The translations under genes were made by a program, and so were the position numbers. This document shows positions 45,154-55,221 of a stretch of DNA of 64,000 nucleotides, piece after piece. The DNA comes from an uncultured virus (IMG/VR IMGVR_UViG_3300025786_000100). Lineage: Duplodnaviria; Heunggongvirae; Uroviricota; Caudoviricetes. The notes below the pieces were generated by a model. It ran no database searches. It had not been told where the DNA came from and worked only from the letters and a program-made list of their open reading frames with translations. The stretch lies in the IMG/VR virus record IMGVR_UViG_3300025786_000100. The stretch is one strand, 5' to 3'. Positions within the stretch are counted from its first letter, which is position 1. Every line of letters starts with the position of its first letter.

Positions 45154-48100
45154 CGTGCTCGGTCCCCATCATCGTTGTGCTGGTCCGAGTTGCCATGCGC
45201 TCCTCCATTTCCGAACAGCGACTCAAACCAATCGGGTGATTCGCCGCGAGAGGGGTCGAAACTCTCGCAGGTCGCGGGCGATTCCCAAGCGATCTCGCAT
45301 CCCATCAGGTCGCGGACCCTTGCCCGGAAGTACGGGGTATCGGCCGCAAGGATGGCGGTGGACCAGGGCGACGCGCCGCCCTGCTTTCTGGATCGCTTTT
45401 GGCGGAATCTGAAAAGGCCCAAACTCCAAGACAAGGTAGTCTTGACTTGTGGGCCTTTTCGGATCAGATGTATTTTCCTGTCGATTTCGTGTTTTGCGGC
45501 CTTGGTGGAGGCGAATAGATCGGGCCATCGATCGGCCAAAATCCGGGGGACCAAGGGCAGCGTGCCCGCGCCGCGCATGTACGCCTGGCCGAGCCTGCTG
45601 ACCGCGCGGCCGACCAGGATATCTCTAAAGCTCGCGAGCCTGTCCACATCCAGTCCAGCGGCAGCTTGCTCAAGATGTAGACCTCCTTTGCCGTGTTCGT
45701 GTAGACCAGCCGGATGCGGTCTACGGCCTGGACCGATTCGCGCTCTCGCTTAAGCTCGAGGACGCGTTGAACCCGGGGATCGGGGTGCGTATGTACCCGA
45801 GCACCGGCCTTGTTTCCGTTCTTGATCCGATAGCCGCGCAGAGTCTCTACATACTCGCCTGGAAGGCTCAGCGGCTCGGGATCGTCGTCCCAGATCGCTC
45901 GGGCGAGCCCTTCGATATCGCGAGCACGCGGCTGCTCGCGGCCGATCATCAAGACCGCCTCATGGTGCTTCCAGTCGTCCACGCCTCGGACGCGGCCGAA
46001 GTGCGCTATCGTCGCGCCCTTCCATTCGCAACACAGGGGCAGCTTCTCGTCCCTCTCCCCCGTGATGGCGCGGCGAACGGGCTTGGCGCAGATGACGAAC
46101 AGCCGGGCGCTTCGCGCAAGTTTTTCGATGAGACTCTTGATCTGCGCGATCCGTTTGGCCGCCTGAGCAGCCAGTTTCGGCGGCGCGCCGGGAAATCCGA
46201 TCAGCGACCTGCGGGAAAACGAGGAGCTGTGGCATTGCGTCACTACCGCGTTCCGTGATACGGAGATCGCCACGTGCTCAAGCGGTTCGCCGAAAAGCCT
46301 TCGGTTGATCTCGTCGTCGGCGTCCGCATCGATCAGGAGTAGCGGCTTGTACTTGCCCGCCAGGACCTTCTGCCGCCATCGGACGAAGATCCGATTCTGG
46401 CGCTCTGTCTTGCCGTTGACCGTCACCGCATCGTTGCGCCGGAGCTCGACGGCGTGCGAGCCCGGACGCTTGAGCGCGACCTCATTGGCGAGCTGCCGCA
46501 GAAGGAGCGCGATCTTCTTGCGCTCGGACTCCTCGAGCGCGGCCAGACGCTCCACCGCCTCGCCCTCGGGCATATCGGGGGTCACGCCCGTGTCCCCGTC
46601 CTCCCGCCCTTCGGCCGCTTCCGCGGCCCGCGCGAGGATTTCCCCGTCTAGGCCCTGCGCCCTCGCCGCCTCGAGGAGCGGCTTGTCCTCAGAGAGCGCC
46701 TTGCGAACGCGGTCGAGGCAATCCGCCGACTCGCCCTCGGCCCAGGAGGGCGTCTCGGCCAGGCGGTCCGGGGCGAAGGCAAGCTCCCCTGCCAGCGTTT
46801 CCACGACCGACTCGTCGACGATCACCATGTTCGCCGCCGGGAAGCCCGACGGCATGGGCAGGTGAAGGTACTGGTGTGACCATATCCTTACCGCCGGTCC
46901 GCGGTCGTTCCACTGTTTGATCCAGGGGCAGTGGTCGTAGTGCTCGCATGTCCCCGCGCCGGACCTGCACAGCGTCTTGAAGACGTTTAGCCCTAGCCGA
47001 CTGGCCAGGTCCGCCGCGTCGGGTTTGCGGCACATCGTCTTGGGCTCGCGAGGCCCGCGCTCTTCGGTCGCCTCGGCCAGCCTGCCACGCATGACGCGCA
47101 CCTCGGGACCCGGCGCAAATCGGGGGTCGAAGGAAAGCTCGACGATCCGTTGGGCCAAACGCTCGCCTAGGTCCAAGGTCGGGACGAAGATCGATATGTG
47201 CAAGTCCCTGAGCTTCGGGCGGGACACGATTTCCTGGACGACGGCCTCGGTCTTTCCAATCCCCGCCACGGCCTGCACCGCGAGCCGCGGGGCCGCGCGT
47301 AGATCGGCGATGCCGTACTTCTCCTTGACCTCGGCGCGCCAAGCGTCGGCGATCTCCCGCGGCGTCCGGCGCGCGAACCGAGACTTGTAGCGTCGAGCGA
47401 GCTCTCGTCGGGCCAGCGCCAGGGCCTGCGTCTGGTCGAACCACTGCGAGATGCAAGAGCGCAACTGAGCGGACGCCTCGTCCCTCGCGAGGGGCTTGGA
47501 GAGATATGCGGGCGGCACGCCATCGACGAGTTTCCACGGCGAGAGACGTTGACGGGCGAAGCCCTTGCGCCGGGCTCCCGCGATCATGGCCGACACCTCG
47601 CCGCGAGTCTGCTCTGTCGTCCAGCCGGATAGGGTATAGGGCTCGGCCTTGGCCAGGATGTCCTCGTCGGACCATCCCGCGGCCACGAAACGGGCCACGG
47701 CGCGCAGCATCGGCGCGTGCCAGTTGCCCGGGCCCACCTGGCCAAGAAGGGTCTCGGCGTCCGGTGACGGACGAGAAGGGTCAATCGAATGTCGCCGTCG
47801 GGGAGCCGTTGGATGATTGCTTGGGGGCGCTGGCTTCTCGGCAGGGGAAAAGAAGCGCGCGACCCTGCCCTCCGGATAGGGGCTGCCGTCGGGACGGACG
47901 CTGAAATCTGTGCGCTCCACGACCCGGCCGGGCTTCTTGGGCCAGGCGATGGAGCCCGCGAGACGCATGACGCGGCTGGGATTCGTGACCGTGGTGTCGC
48001 CGCCCATAGCGTCGGCGAGGGCTCGGTTCTGCCGGCGGCACAGGTCGGGATCTGCGACGGGAGTCTCCTGCCGCCACCAGAGTTGCGCGCGAGTGTGGGG

Positions 48101-48487
48101 ATGCTTCCCCGTCACGCCCACGGCGGTAGGTCTAACATCCCGGGTCAGTGTGAGAGCCCGGTTGTAGGCTCCCGCCTCGTCGAGGTCGACATAGAAGGCG
48201 GTCAGAGCGTAGAAGCTCGCGTCGGCCGCGCGCCTGTTGCGCGGCGTGCCGTGCTTGCGCAGCGCCGCGCCGATGTAGACGTTCTGCCCGGCGACGGCGT
48301 TTACGCGCGCGGCGGTTTCTGCCAGGTCGTCTAAGCAGTCGGTCTCGAAGAGCCGGGAGTGGCGCAGCTTGCCGTCTTTCGCGTCGGCCCAGGCCAGCTC
48401 CACGAGGCCGTCCTGGTATTCATCGAGCCAGCCGCCGAAGAGGTGCTCCAAGTGGGCGCGCATGGCCTCAGCGTCGGGCTTCATCAT
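45150..48487 (-). pseudogene. RepB-type primase / helicase-like replication protein with 1-bp frameshift near 45653
   Basis: NVYIG, FYVDLD, SRVMRLAGS; AGIGKT, IVDES; frame moves into ORF 45150-45647 at LPLD|LDVDRL. Confidence 0.7.
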
Positions 48488-51000
48488 CCCATGCGCCTCG
48501 CGGCACAGCGCGCGATTGCCGCGCTCAGAAGGTCTCCCGCCTCGCCCGCGGTAAGTCCCGGAGGCGGGTTGATGCGGAACTTGGTCAGCGCGTTTAGGAC
48601 CTTGCTCGACGCGGGCCTTCTTCGCCAGGAGGCGTTTTCGGACACCAGCGTTTCCGCCCGTGCCCGGCGGATGTAGTCCTCGCCGATGCCCTGTGCTAAC
48701 TCGAGGTCGACCGGCGCGGATTGGAGTTTCTCGTGCGACGCCCAGCGGTCACGAGGCGCGACCTCGACGATCCAGCCGTCCGAGCGCTTCGCCATGAGAA
48801 CCATGCCGTGATTGCCGGCCGAGAGCGCGTAGAGATCGGGCGATGCTTCGACCCAGTGGATGCTCTTGCGCGCGCGGCGCTCCTTGTTGGCCTCTAGGTA
48901 CGACTGGACCAAGTCGTCCTCTCGCGATTTCCGCTCGTCCTGTTCTTCGAGCGCCTCGGTCACCGTTTCGTCGCCCACCTCATCGGGGTTGAGGCCGAAA
49001 AGAGCCGGAGCTTGCACGAGCTTGTGGTCGCTCGACGCCCCGGCCAAGTCGATGATGAGGCAGTCCTCCTTGCCTGGGAAAATCCGCGTCCCGCGGCCGA
49101 TCATCTGGAGGTAGAGCGTCTTGGACCGCGTAGGCCGCGCGATCATGACGGCCGATATGGACGGCTCGTCGAAGCCTTCAGTGAGGACCGCGCAGTTGCA
49201 GACGACCATGGTATCGCCGGTCTTAAGCCGCCGAAGGATGGCCCTGCGCTCGTCGATCGGCGTGTCGCCGGATAGGAACTCGGCTGCGACGCCGCGAGCC
49301 TGGAGGGCATCGGCGGTACGCCGCGCTTGGTCGACGGTGACGGTGAAGATCAGCGCCTTGCGGCCGGGGGCGTGTTCGACATACGCCTCGGCGGTCGCTT
49401 CGGCCGCGCCCGCCCGAAACATGGCCTCGCCGAGTTGGCCCTGGTTGTAGTCAGAACTCACGAGGCCAATGTCGTCGAGGCTGAAGTTTAGTTCGACCTG
49501 CTTGGTGCGCAGATCCACCAGCCAGCCGTCCTTGATGGCCTGAAGGAGCTGAAGTTGGTAGACGATCTCCTGAAACGCGGTATCTAAGCCCAGCCTGTCG
49601 CCGCGTTCGACCGTGGCGGTCAGGCCGAGGGTGGGCGGTCCGCCGTTAAAGCAGCCGAGATGTTCCAGCGTTCGGCGATAGGTGGCCGCGGCCGCGTGAT
49701 GGCAGTTGTGGACGAGGATGCCGCTTACGAAGTAGTTGTGGTTGCGCTCGACTTCGAGATTGTAGACGTGACCACCCGGACACAGCCCGCCAAATTCTTC
49801 GTCACCTCTCGGTTCGAGAACCTCAACACTTTCCACCCGAGCGAATCCAAGAGCTCTTCCTTCTTCCGATCTTGCAGTCTGCGCTCGATGGCGTTGTGGC
49901 TGCCGCCGTCCACTTCTATCGCGATCTTGAGCCCCGGGTGCGCGATATCCAGCTTGTAATGGTTGGGATAGCCGCTCCCCCGGCCGGTCCTCGTCGGAAG
50001 AACAAATTCCGTCTCCCATCCTAATGCGTCGGCAAGGGCGGCTTGCGGTTTCGTAAGTCCACGTCCGTTCCCGCCGCGAGGCAACGGCCCGTGGCCGATC
50101 CTTCTGAGCGTCGCAGACATCTTCTCGCGGACGGACCGGCGGCGCATGGGATTGTTCGCCCGCATTCTCCCGGACGCAAAAATCCTGTTCGTTCTGGACA
50201 TTGTTCGCGAGGATACCGATCTGACATAGGCAGCTTTGCAGGATTCGGAGCAATAGGCCCTTCCCGATCTGCGCAGGAGATCCCGGCGGCGCTTGCCGGT
50301 CACGGCGGTATTCGCCTCGCACCAAGCGCAGTGAGCGATCTTCATCGGATGCCTCCTGTTTCCACAAAACCAGTCCCGAGCCAGGACGTAGACGATAGGC
50401 GGGAACCCAACGTCCGTCCGAGAAGAAGGGATGCCCGGGCGTACAGATCACATCCCCGATACCGGCCACCGTGACTCGGAGCAGACCCGACGGCTTCCGC
50501 TTGAAAACCCGCCTGACGGCTCTTCGCTCAAGCAGGCCGGTCGGACTGACTGACCAGACGAGGTCACCCGGCACGAGTTTCTCTATAGGCTTTCCATCGA
50601 CAAGCGTTCCGGCGGGGAAGCACTCGTCCACCACGACAAGGTCGAAGCCGGAGAGTCCCTCGAGGCGGCCGGGCCTGGAGACAGTCTGTATCGAGCCGAA
50701 CACAACCTGCGCGTCCGTCTCGTCGCGGTCCGCCTTGACCACCCCGGTCTCGGCCGCGGGCCAGACCGCGCGCATCGCGCGCTGCGGCTGCTCGATGAGT
50801 TCGTCGCGGTGAGCGAGCCAGAGCGTTCGCGCGCCGAGCCGCTTGGCGATGGCGAGCCCCGTCACGGTCTTGCCGCATCCCGTGGGCAGGTTGATGATGC
50901 CGCGCCTGAGTCCCGCCTCCCTCTTTCCGTCCCAGGCGACCATCGCGGCCTCTTGGTAGGGTCGAAGGACAATGCCGGTCTCTTTGTGGTTGTTCTGCAT
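48484..51000 (-). CDS. SF2 DEAD/DEAH helicase, intein-containing
   Basis: LRPYQ, LPTGCGKT, VVDE|CHH, GLTAT, TEGFD, QMIGRG. Confidence 0.92.
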   Translation of the reverse strand: MQNNHKETGIVLRPYQEAAMVAWDGKREAGLRRGIINLPTGCGKTVTGLAIAKRLGARTLWLAHRDELIEQPQRAMRAVWPAAETGVVKADRDETDAQVVFGSIQTVSRPGRLEGLSGFDLVVVDECFPAGTLVDGKPIEKLVPGDLVWSVSPTGLLERRAVRRVFKRKPSGLLRVTVAGIGDVICTPGHPFFSDGRWVPAYRLRPGSGLVLWKQEASDEDRSLRLVRGEYRRDRQAPPGSPAQIGKGLLLRILQSCLCQIGILANNVQNEQDFCVRENAGEQSHAPPVRPREDVCDAQKDRPRAVASRRERTWTYETASRPCRRIRMGDGICSSDEDRPGERLSQPLQAGYRAPGAQDRDRSGRRQPQRHRAQTARSEEGRALGFARVESVEVLEPRGDEEFGGLCPGGHVYNLEVERNHNYFVSGILVHNCHHAAAATYRRTLEHLGCFNGGPPTLGLTATVERGDRLGLDTAFQEIVYQLQLLQAIKDGWLVDLRTKQVELNFSLDDIGLVSSDYNQGQLGEAMFRAGAAEATAEAYVEHAPGRKALIFTVTVDQARRTADALQARGVAAEFLSGDTPIDERRAILRRLKTGDTMVVCNCAVLTEGFDEPSISAVMIARPTRSKTLYLQMIGRGTRIFPGKEDCLIIDLAGASSDHKLVQAPALFGLNPDEVGDETVTEALEEQDERKSREDDLVQSYLEANKERRARKSIHWVEASPDLYALSAGNHGMVLMAKRSDGWIVEVAPRDRWASHEKLQSAPVDLELAQGIGEDYIRRARAETLVSENASWRRRPASSKVLNALTKFRINPPPGLTAGEAGDLLSAAIARCAARRMG
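49705..50622 (-). mobile_element. Intein (306 aa) inserted in Walker B (DE/CHH)
   Basis: CFPAGTLV start; CTPGHPF block B; VYNLEVERNHNYFVSGILVHN/C end. Confidence 0.92.
49725..50345 (-). CDS. DUF559/Vsr-like endonuclease nested in another frame of the intein
   Basis: AGGAGG 6 nt before ATG; Zn finger, NUMOD3-like segment, YKLDIA..IAIEVDG.SH..QD..K...L...GWKVLRF. Confidence 0.85.
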   Translation of the reverse strand: MKIAHCAWCEANTAVTGKRRRDLLRRSGRAYCSESCKAAYVRSVSSRTMSRTNRIFASGRMRANNPMRRRSVREKMSATLRRIGHGPLPRGGNGRGLTKPQAALADALGWETEFVLPTRTGRGSGYPNHYKLDIAHPGLKIAIEVDGGSHNAIERRLQDRKKEELLDSLGWKVLRFSNREVTKNLAGCVRVVTSTISKSSATTTTS

Positions 51001-51052
51001 GGGCTTCCCGCCGAAGCCCCGGCCCGGGCAATCCCGGACCGGGGGCCTCTGC

Positions 51053-51633
51053 TCAGAAGGGCACGGGCTCCTCGTCGACCGCGCCGGGGCGCTCCACCTG
51101 CTTGTCCGTGGGCGTCTGCCGCGCGCCCTTGCGCGGCGTGCGCGGGGCCGGCAGTTCATCGGGCTCTGGATGGGACTCGGTGTAGAGTTCCTCGATGAAG
51201 TTCTTCTCGTTGGTGTAGGTCCGCCCGTCTACCACCTTGTCGTAGGTGGTTACGCCCAGAAGGACGCGAAACGATCGGCCCTTAAGGTCCGACTCGGCGA
51301 GCCGGAACTTTCCATCGAAAGGCAGGCCCACGGCGCGCAGGAAGTGAACCGCCATGCCGTGGCCGGGGTTGGCCTTCTCGCCCGAACCGCGCGGTATCCA
51401 GACCACGTTGTGCCAGACGCGCTTACCGAAGTGATCGCCCTCGTCGGCGATCTCGCAGACCATCTTCGTGATCGGCGTGCCCGGGTTCTTGCCGCCGCGT
51501 GTCCGTTCGCCGTCAGAGTGCTCGGCGATTTGGAGGGTGTAGAAGCCGCGCGGGGCGGGGCTGAAGTCCCCTCCGCCAGCTCCCGGGCTGCTCTCCGCGC
51601 CTCTGCGTCCGCGTCGAAGTCGATTTCTGCCAT
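51053..51633 (-). pseudogene. DUF669-like ssDNA-binding protein with 1-bp frameshift near 51599
   Basis: RBS+ATG MAEIDFD is out of frame with DFSPAPRGFY...EEPVPF. Confidence 0.7.
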
Positions 51634-51635
51634 AG

Positions 51636-52463
51636 TTACTTTCCTCCCTTGGTCTGAGCTTTCGGTTTCTTGCCCGCCGCTTTCTCCGGCTCGGTCGCCG
51701 GCGCTTTTGCATCCGCCGCCGCGCAGACCGCGGCCCACTGTCCCGCGCGCGGGAGCATGATGGTCTTGTCCTCGAGTTCGGGGATGCGGCTTCCCCAGGT
51801 ACCGAGGGGGCCGCCTTGGAAGCTCACGAAGTACTGGGTGACGCTTCCGACTTGCTTTTTGTAGCAGTGGCCGATGGCGTCGGCTTCGGCGGCGATGTAG
51901 CCGCCGAGTTTGCCGGGGATGCTGATGCCAGCGGGCACGATGACCCGGCCGTCGGCATCGATCTTGGGCTCGCGGCTATGGGCCACGAGGACGGCCAGCT
52001 TGCCCGAGGCTTTGAGCAGGCTGATGAGCTTCTCGAAGCGCGAGCGGAGCTCCTTCCAGACCTCGAAGCCGTTGACGCCCTCCTTGCGCTCGCTGACGCT
52101 GTCGAGGCCGAACTGCTCGGCCACGTCAACCTCGAGCCAGTCGCTTACGACGTCGAGGCTGTCTATGACGATCGCCTTGACGTTCGCGTCCTCGACTGCG
52201 GCCATGACGGCTTGGCGGAAGACCTCGAGGTCGGGGATCTCCTGAATCCAGCCTTCGACGCGGTCGGCCCCGCCGCGCTCAAGCTCCAGGAGCACGCCTC
52301 CCGGGATGCCGGCCGAGAGCGTGGTCTTGCCCGCCTTGGGCAAGCCCGCCAGAATCCACAGCCCGTCGGTCGGCATGCCCGTCTTGAGCTTGCCGCGGGG
52401 CGGGGCGAACTTGAACTTCGGCGGCGCGTCCTGCGCCGGTGCTGCGGGTGTTTCGGTCGTCAT
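51636..52463 (-). CDS. AAA_24 / Sak4-like recombination ATPase
   Basis: GLPKAGKTT, IVIDSLD, LVAHS. Confidence 0.8.
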   Translation of the reverse strand: MTTETPAAPAQDAPPKFKFAPPRGKLKTGMPTDGLWILAGLPKAGKTTLSAGIPGGVLLELERGGADRVEGWIQEIPDLEVFRQAVMAAVEDANVKAIVIDSLDVVSDWLEVDVAEQFGLDSVSERKEGVNGFEVWKELRSRFEKLISLLKASGKLAVLVAHSREPKIDADGRVIVPAGISIPGKLGGYIAAEADAIGHCYKKQVGSVTQYFVSFQGGPLGTWGSRIPELEDKTIMLPRAGQWAAVCAAADAKAPATEPEKAAGKKPKAQTKGGK

Positions 52464-52488
52464 ATTTCCTCCTAGAGTTCCTTCCGCC

Positions 52489-53337
52489 CTAAAACGGGCA
52501 GTTCGATTTGCGCTTCTTCTTGGCCGGGACCTTGGCCACGGCCTCGGCCGCGCGGGTGGCGGCTGTCGAGAACGTCGGCTTGCTGATGATGGGGACGCCG
52601 TTTAGGCGCGTCATCTCCGCGGCGGTGAGAAAGCCCCGGACGGCCGCGGTCATGTCGGAGACCGGCCGCCCTTCGGAGTCATACGGCGGCTTCTTGCCGA
52701 AGCGCACGATCTCGGCCCACGCGACCTCGACGCCGTACTGCTCGGCCAGGGCGCAGGCGTAGCCGCCGACCTGGTAGGCATACTCGTTGCCGTAGAAGCC
52801 CGAGGACGTCTTGTAGTCGACGATGCCGAAGCCCCCGCGCGTGGGCGAGTAGCCCACGGCGTCGAGGCGACCGCCGAAGCGATGCTCAAGCGAGGCCACG
52901 GGAAGCTCGAGGCCGACGAGTTCGATGTCGCTTTGCATGCGCCAGCGCTTGAAATCGCGGGCAGGCTCGGCGAGTTCTTCGGGGACGGCCTCGGGCTCCT
53001 TGCCCTGGATGATCGCCTCAAAGATGTCGTGGCACTTGGTGCCGAGGTCGGCGGCGTCTTTGGCCTTCCTGCGGTGTGCGCCGGCCGCGTCCTTGGCGAT
53101 CTGGCCGAGAGTCTCAGGGGTGAGGGCGCGCGAGCCGAGGCGCAGGAGTTCCGTCTTGAAGTAGGAAGCCGACTCGCGCGCCGCCCAGCCGATGAGCGCC
53201 TCTTTATTGAGGACGCTCAGGACCTTGGTCACCGAGACGAGCGGTCCCACGACGTCGCCGTTCGGCAGGGCGATGCTGTATCGGTGCTTGACGTCGGTCA
53301 CCGTGTATTTCGGTTGAGGCAGTTTCATGTGGGTCAC
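52489..53337 (-). CDS. PD-(D/E)xK (Cas4-like) phage exonuclease
   Basis: SVTKVL..K..L..WAA, GTKCH, GRLD, IVDYKTS. Confidence 0.85.
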   Translation of the reverse strand: MTHMKLPQPKYTVTDVKHRYSIALPNGDVVGPLVSVTKVLSVLNKEALIGWAARESASYFKTELLRLGSRALTPETLGQIAKDAAGAHRRKAKDAADLGTKCHDIFEAIIQGKEPEAVPEELAEPARDFKRWRMQSDIELVGLELPVASLEHRFGGRLDAVGYSPTRGGFGIVDYKTSSGFYGNEYAYQVGGYACALAEQYGVEVAWAEIVRFGKKPPYDSEGRPVSDMTAAVRGFLTAAEMTRLNGVPIISKPTFSTAATRAAEAVAKVPAKKKRKSNCPF

Positions 53338-53601
53338 CTAGTCGTCCCGCTTCACGCGAAGCTTCCTCAGGAGAGCCTCGACGGCGGGGTGGGTCTTGGA
53401 GGCTTCGCGGTCCTCGAAGCTCTCGGGGCCATCGCTTTCCTGGAGCCGGGCGAGCGCCGTGCTGTGGCTCAGGTCGAGGTGCTTCATCGCCTTCCACACC
53501 ACGGCGTCCTCGACGTCGTGCAGGGCGAAGATGCCACCCAGGACCTGGGCGATGTCGCCGATCGTCGCGTCGAGAACCTGTCTTGCTTTAAGCGCGTTCA
53601 T
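53338..53601 (-). CDS. Hypothetical protein
   Basis: AGGAGG RBS, ATG 53601. Confidence 0.6.
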   Translation of the reverse strand: MNALKARQVLDATIGDIAQVLGGIFALHDVEDAVVWKAMKHLDLSHSTALARLQESDGPESFEDREASKTHPAVEALLRKLRVKRDD

Positions 53602-53641
53602 CCCGGCCTCCTGATCTAAACGGGCGATTTCCTCCACCGCG

Positions 53642-54502
53642 TTACAACCGTCCCGAGGATTCGAGGAAGGGCCGGACCTTGGCCTTAGCGCGGTGGTAGC
53701 GCACCCGCATGGCACCGGCGGTCGCGCCCGCACTCTCGCCGATCTCGGCGAACTGTTTTCCTTTAAGGCCGTGCTCGATCAGGAGTTCGGCCTCCGCGGC
53801 GGTCAGGAGTCCACGCTTCGACAGCTCCCGCAGCTTGCGGGCCAGCAGCTCCGCCTCGGGAGCGCTCAGTTCGTTGCGGCGGGAGGACTCGAATGCGCGC
53901 TTGGCGCAGCGGCGCAAGTCGCGCGGGGGGATCGCGTCGGTTATTCGTCGAATCTCGAACCCTCGGTGGTGCGGCTTCTGGGGCATGATCCGATCGAGGT
54001 CGGACTCGATGAATCCGACCGCGCGGTCAAGCTCTGAGCGCCGCGCTTCGCAGCGCACGACCTTGCGCACGCGCCCTTCGGTGTTCCAGCGGAGGTTCGC
54101 CGCGATCTTGTCACGCTTGGCGAGCCGGAAGGAGGCGATCTCTTCGAGGAAGGACCAGTAGATTTCGGCGAACAGGTCGGGGAGGTGGTTTTCGAGGCGG
54201 GCGAGCTTGTAGAAGAGGTGGTCCAGGCCGGGCCACATGCCCAAGAGCAGCAGGTTCGTCGCGCAGAAGCGTCCCGGCTCGAGGCCCTGCGCCGCCGCGA
54301 TCAGCGCGTGAAGCGCGGCGTCCTTCTTCTCGTAGAGCCGCGCCTCGTCCGAGCGCAGCATGCCCAGCAGGACTTCGATGTTGGGGTAGGGGTTCAGGGC
54401 CGGGGTGCGGCTCCCGAGCTTGAGGTACTTCTCGGCGAACTTCTCGGTGTTGCAGGTGCGGCAAAGGTCCTGGCGGACCTTGTTCTTCCATTCCAGGTGC
54501 AC
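53642..54502 (-). CDS. Sigma-factor-like regulator (region 4 HTH)
   Basis: LT..EAELL....KGKQFAEIG...GATAGAMRVRYHRAKAK. Confidence 0.65.
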   Translation of the reverse strand: MHLEWKNKVRQDLCRTCNTEKFAEKYLKLGSRTPALNPYPNIEVLLGMLRSDEARLYEKKDAALHALIAAAQGLEPGRFCATNLLLLGMWPGLDHLFYKLARLENHLPDLFAEIYWSFLEEIASFRLAKRDKIAANLRWNTEGRVRKVVRCEARRSELDRAVGFIESDLDRIMPQKPHHRGFEIRRITDAIPPRDLRRCAKRAFESSRRNELSAPEAELLARKLRELSKRGLLTAAEAELLIEHGLKGKQFAEIGESAGATAGAMRVRYHRAKAKVRPFLESSGRL

Positions 54503-54596
54503 GGACGCCCTCGCGGCCGGGCGTCAAGCACCTCGTTTGGCCTATTTATTGGGCGTCTAGCACCACTGGATTGGGGCCGGCATATGCGCCGGTCAC

Positions 54597-54809
54597 TTAT
54601 TGCTGCTGACTTCTTCCTTTATTCGTTTGCTGTGTATTGATCTCCTTGCATCTTGAGCAAAATCCGGATACGGTGCCGTCAATGATGTAGCGATCTCGCT
54701 GCGAAGTCTGGATGTGGATGCGGTCGCCTTGTCGCGTACCTAAGAGTCGGCGACATGCGCGGCAACGCCATTCTTCCGAAGGCTGTGACTGTCTGTTTAG
54801 ATTCCTCAC
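54597..54809 (-). CDS. Mu Com-like zinc-finger protein
   Basis: EWRCRACRRLLG...CSRCKEIN; GTG start with GAGG RBS. Confidence 0.65.
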   Translation of the reverse strand: MRNLNRQSQPSEEWRCRACRRLLGTRQGDRIHIQTSQRDRYIIDGTVSGFCSRCKEINTQQTNKGRSQQQ

Positions 54810-54816
54810 TGCATCC

Positions 54817-55059
54817 TCATTGCCCTCGGATCGTGAACAAGTCGTCGAATCCAAACTCGGGGAGCTCCCTCAACTTCTGGACATCGTTGAGCTTCTTGAT
54901 GATCCGTTCCCGCAGTTCCGGCGAGGGGTTCCGTTCCCCGCAGAGAAGCTGGGACATGTACCCGCTCGTCACCCCGATGCGCCGAGCGAAGGAGTTCTGC
55001 GACAGGTTACGCTTCGCGAGGTGCCGCTTCAGCGTCGAGGCCTTGAGTTTGACGATCAC
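54817..55059 (-). CDS. Cro-like XRE HTH regulator
   Basis: LSQNSFARRIGVTSGYMSQLLCGERNPS; GGAGG RBS + GTG. Confidence 0.85.
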   Translation of the reverse strand: MIVKLKASTLKRHLAKRNLSQNSFARRIGVTSGYMSQLLCGERNPSPELRERIIKKLNDVQKLRELPEFGFDDLFTIRGQ

Positions 55060-55094
55060 GGTTGGAATCCTCCATTTTCTTTTCCTACAAGGCA

Positions 55095-55173
55095 ACTATA
55101 GCAGAAGATAATAATTGCTGTCTAGCGTTTGCTAATGAAAGTGCTTGCTAAAGATAGCAGGAGATGCTATACT
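55095..55173. promoter_or_regulatory. Divergent cro/cI promoters with TAGCA/TGCTA operators
   Basis: Plus strand TTGCTA-17-TATACT (55145-55173); minus strand TAGACA-18-TATAGT; ATAGCA-N5-TGCTAT at 55154-55170. Confidence 0.7.
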
Positions 55174-55221
55174 AGGGACGTCAACAAGCGGTTTTACGAC
55201 GAGAAAAGAGGGCACAACGAC

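Noticed and set aside
51001..51159. N-terminal extension of the helicase ORF as given in the track
   Set aside because: It overlaps the DUF669-like gene; ATG 51000 just before LRPYQ is the likely start
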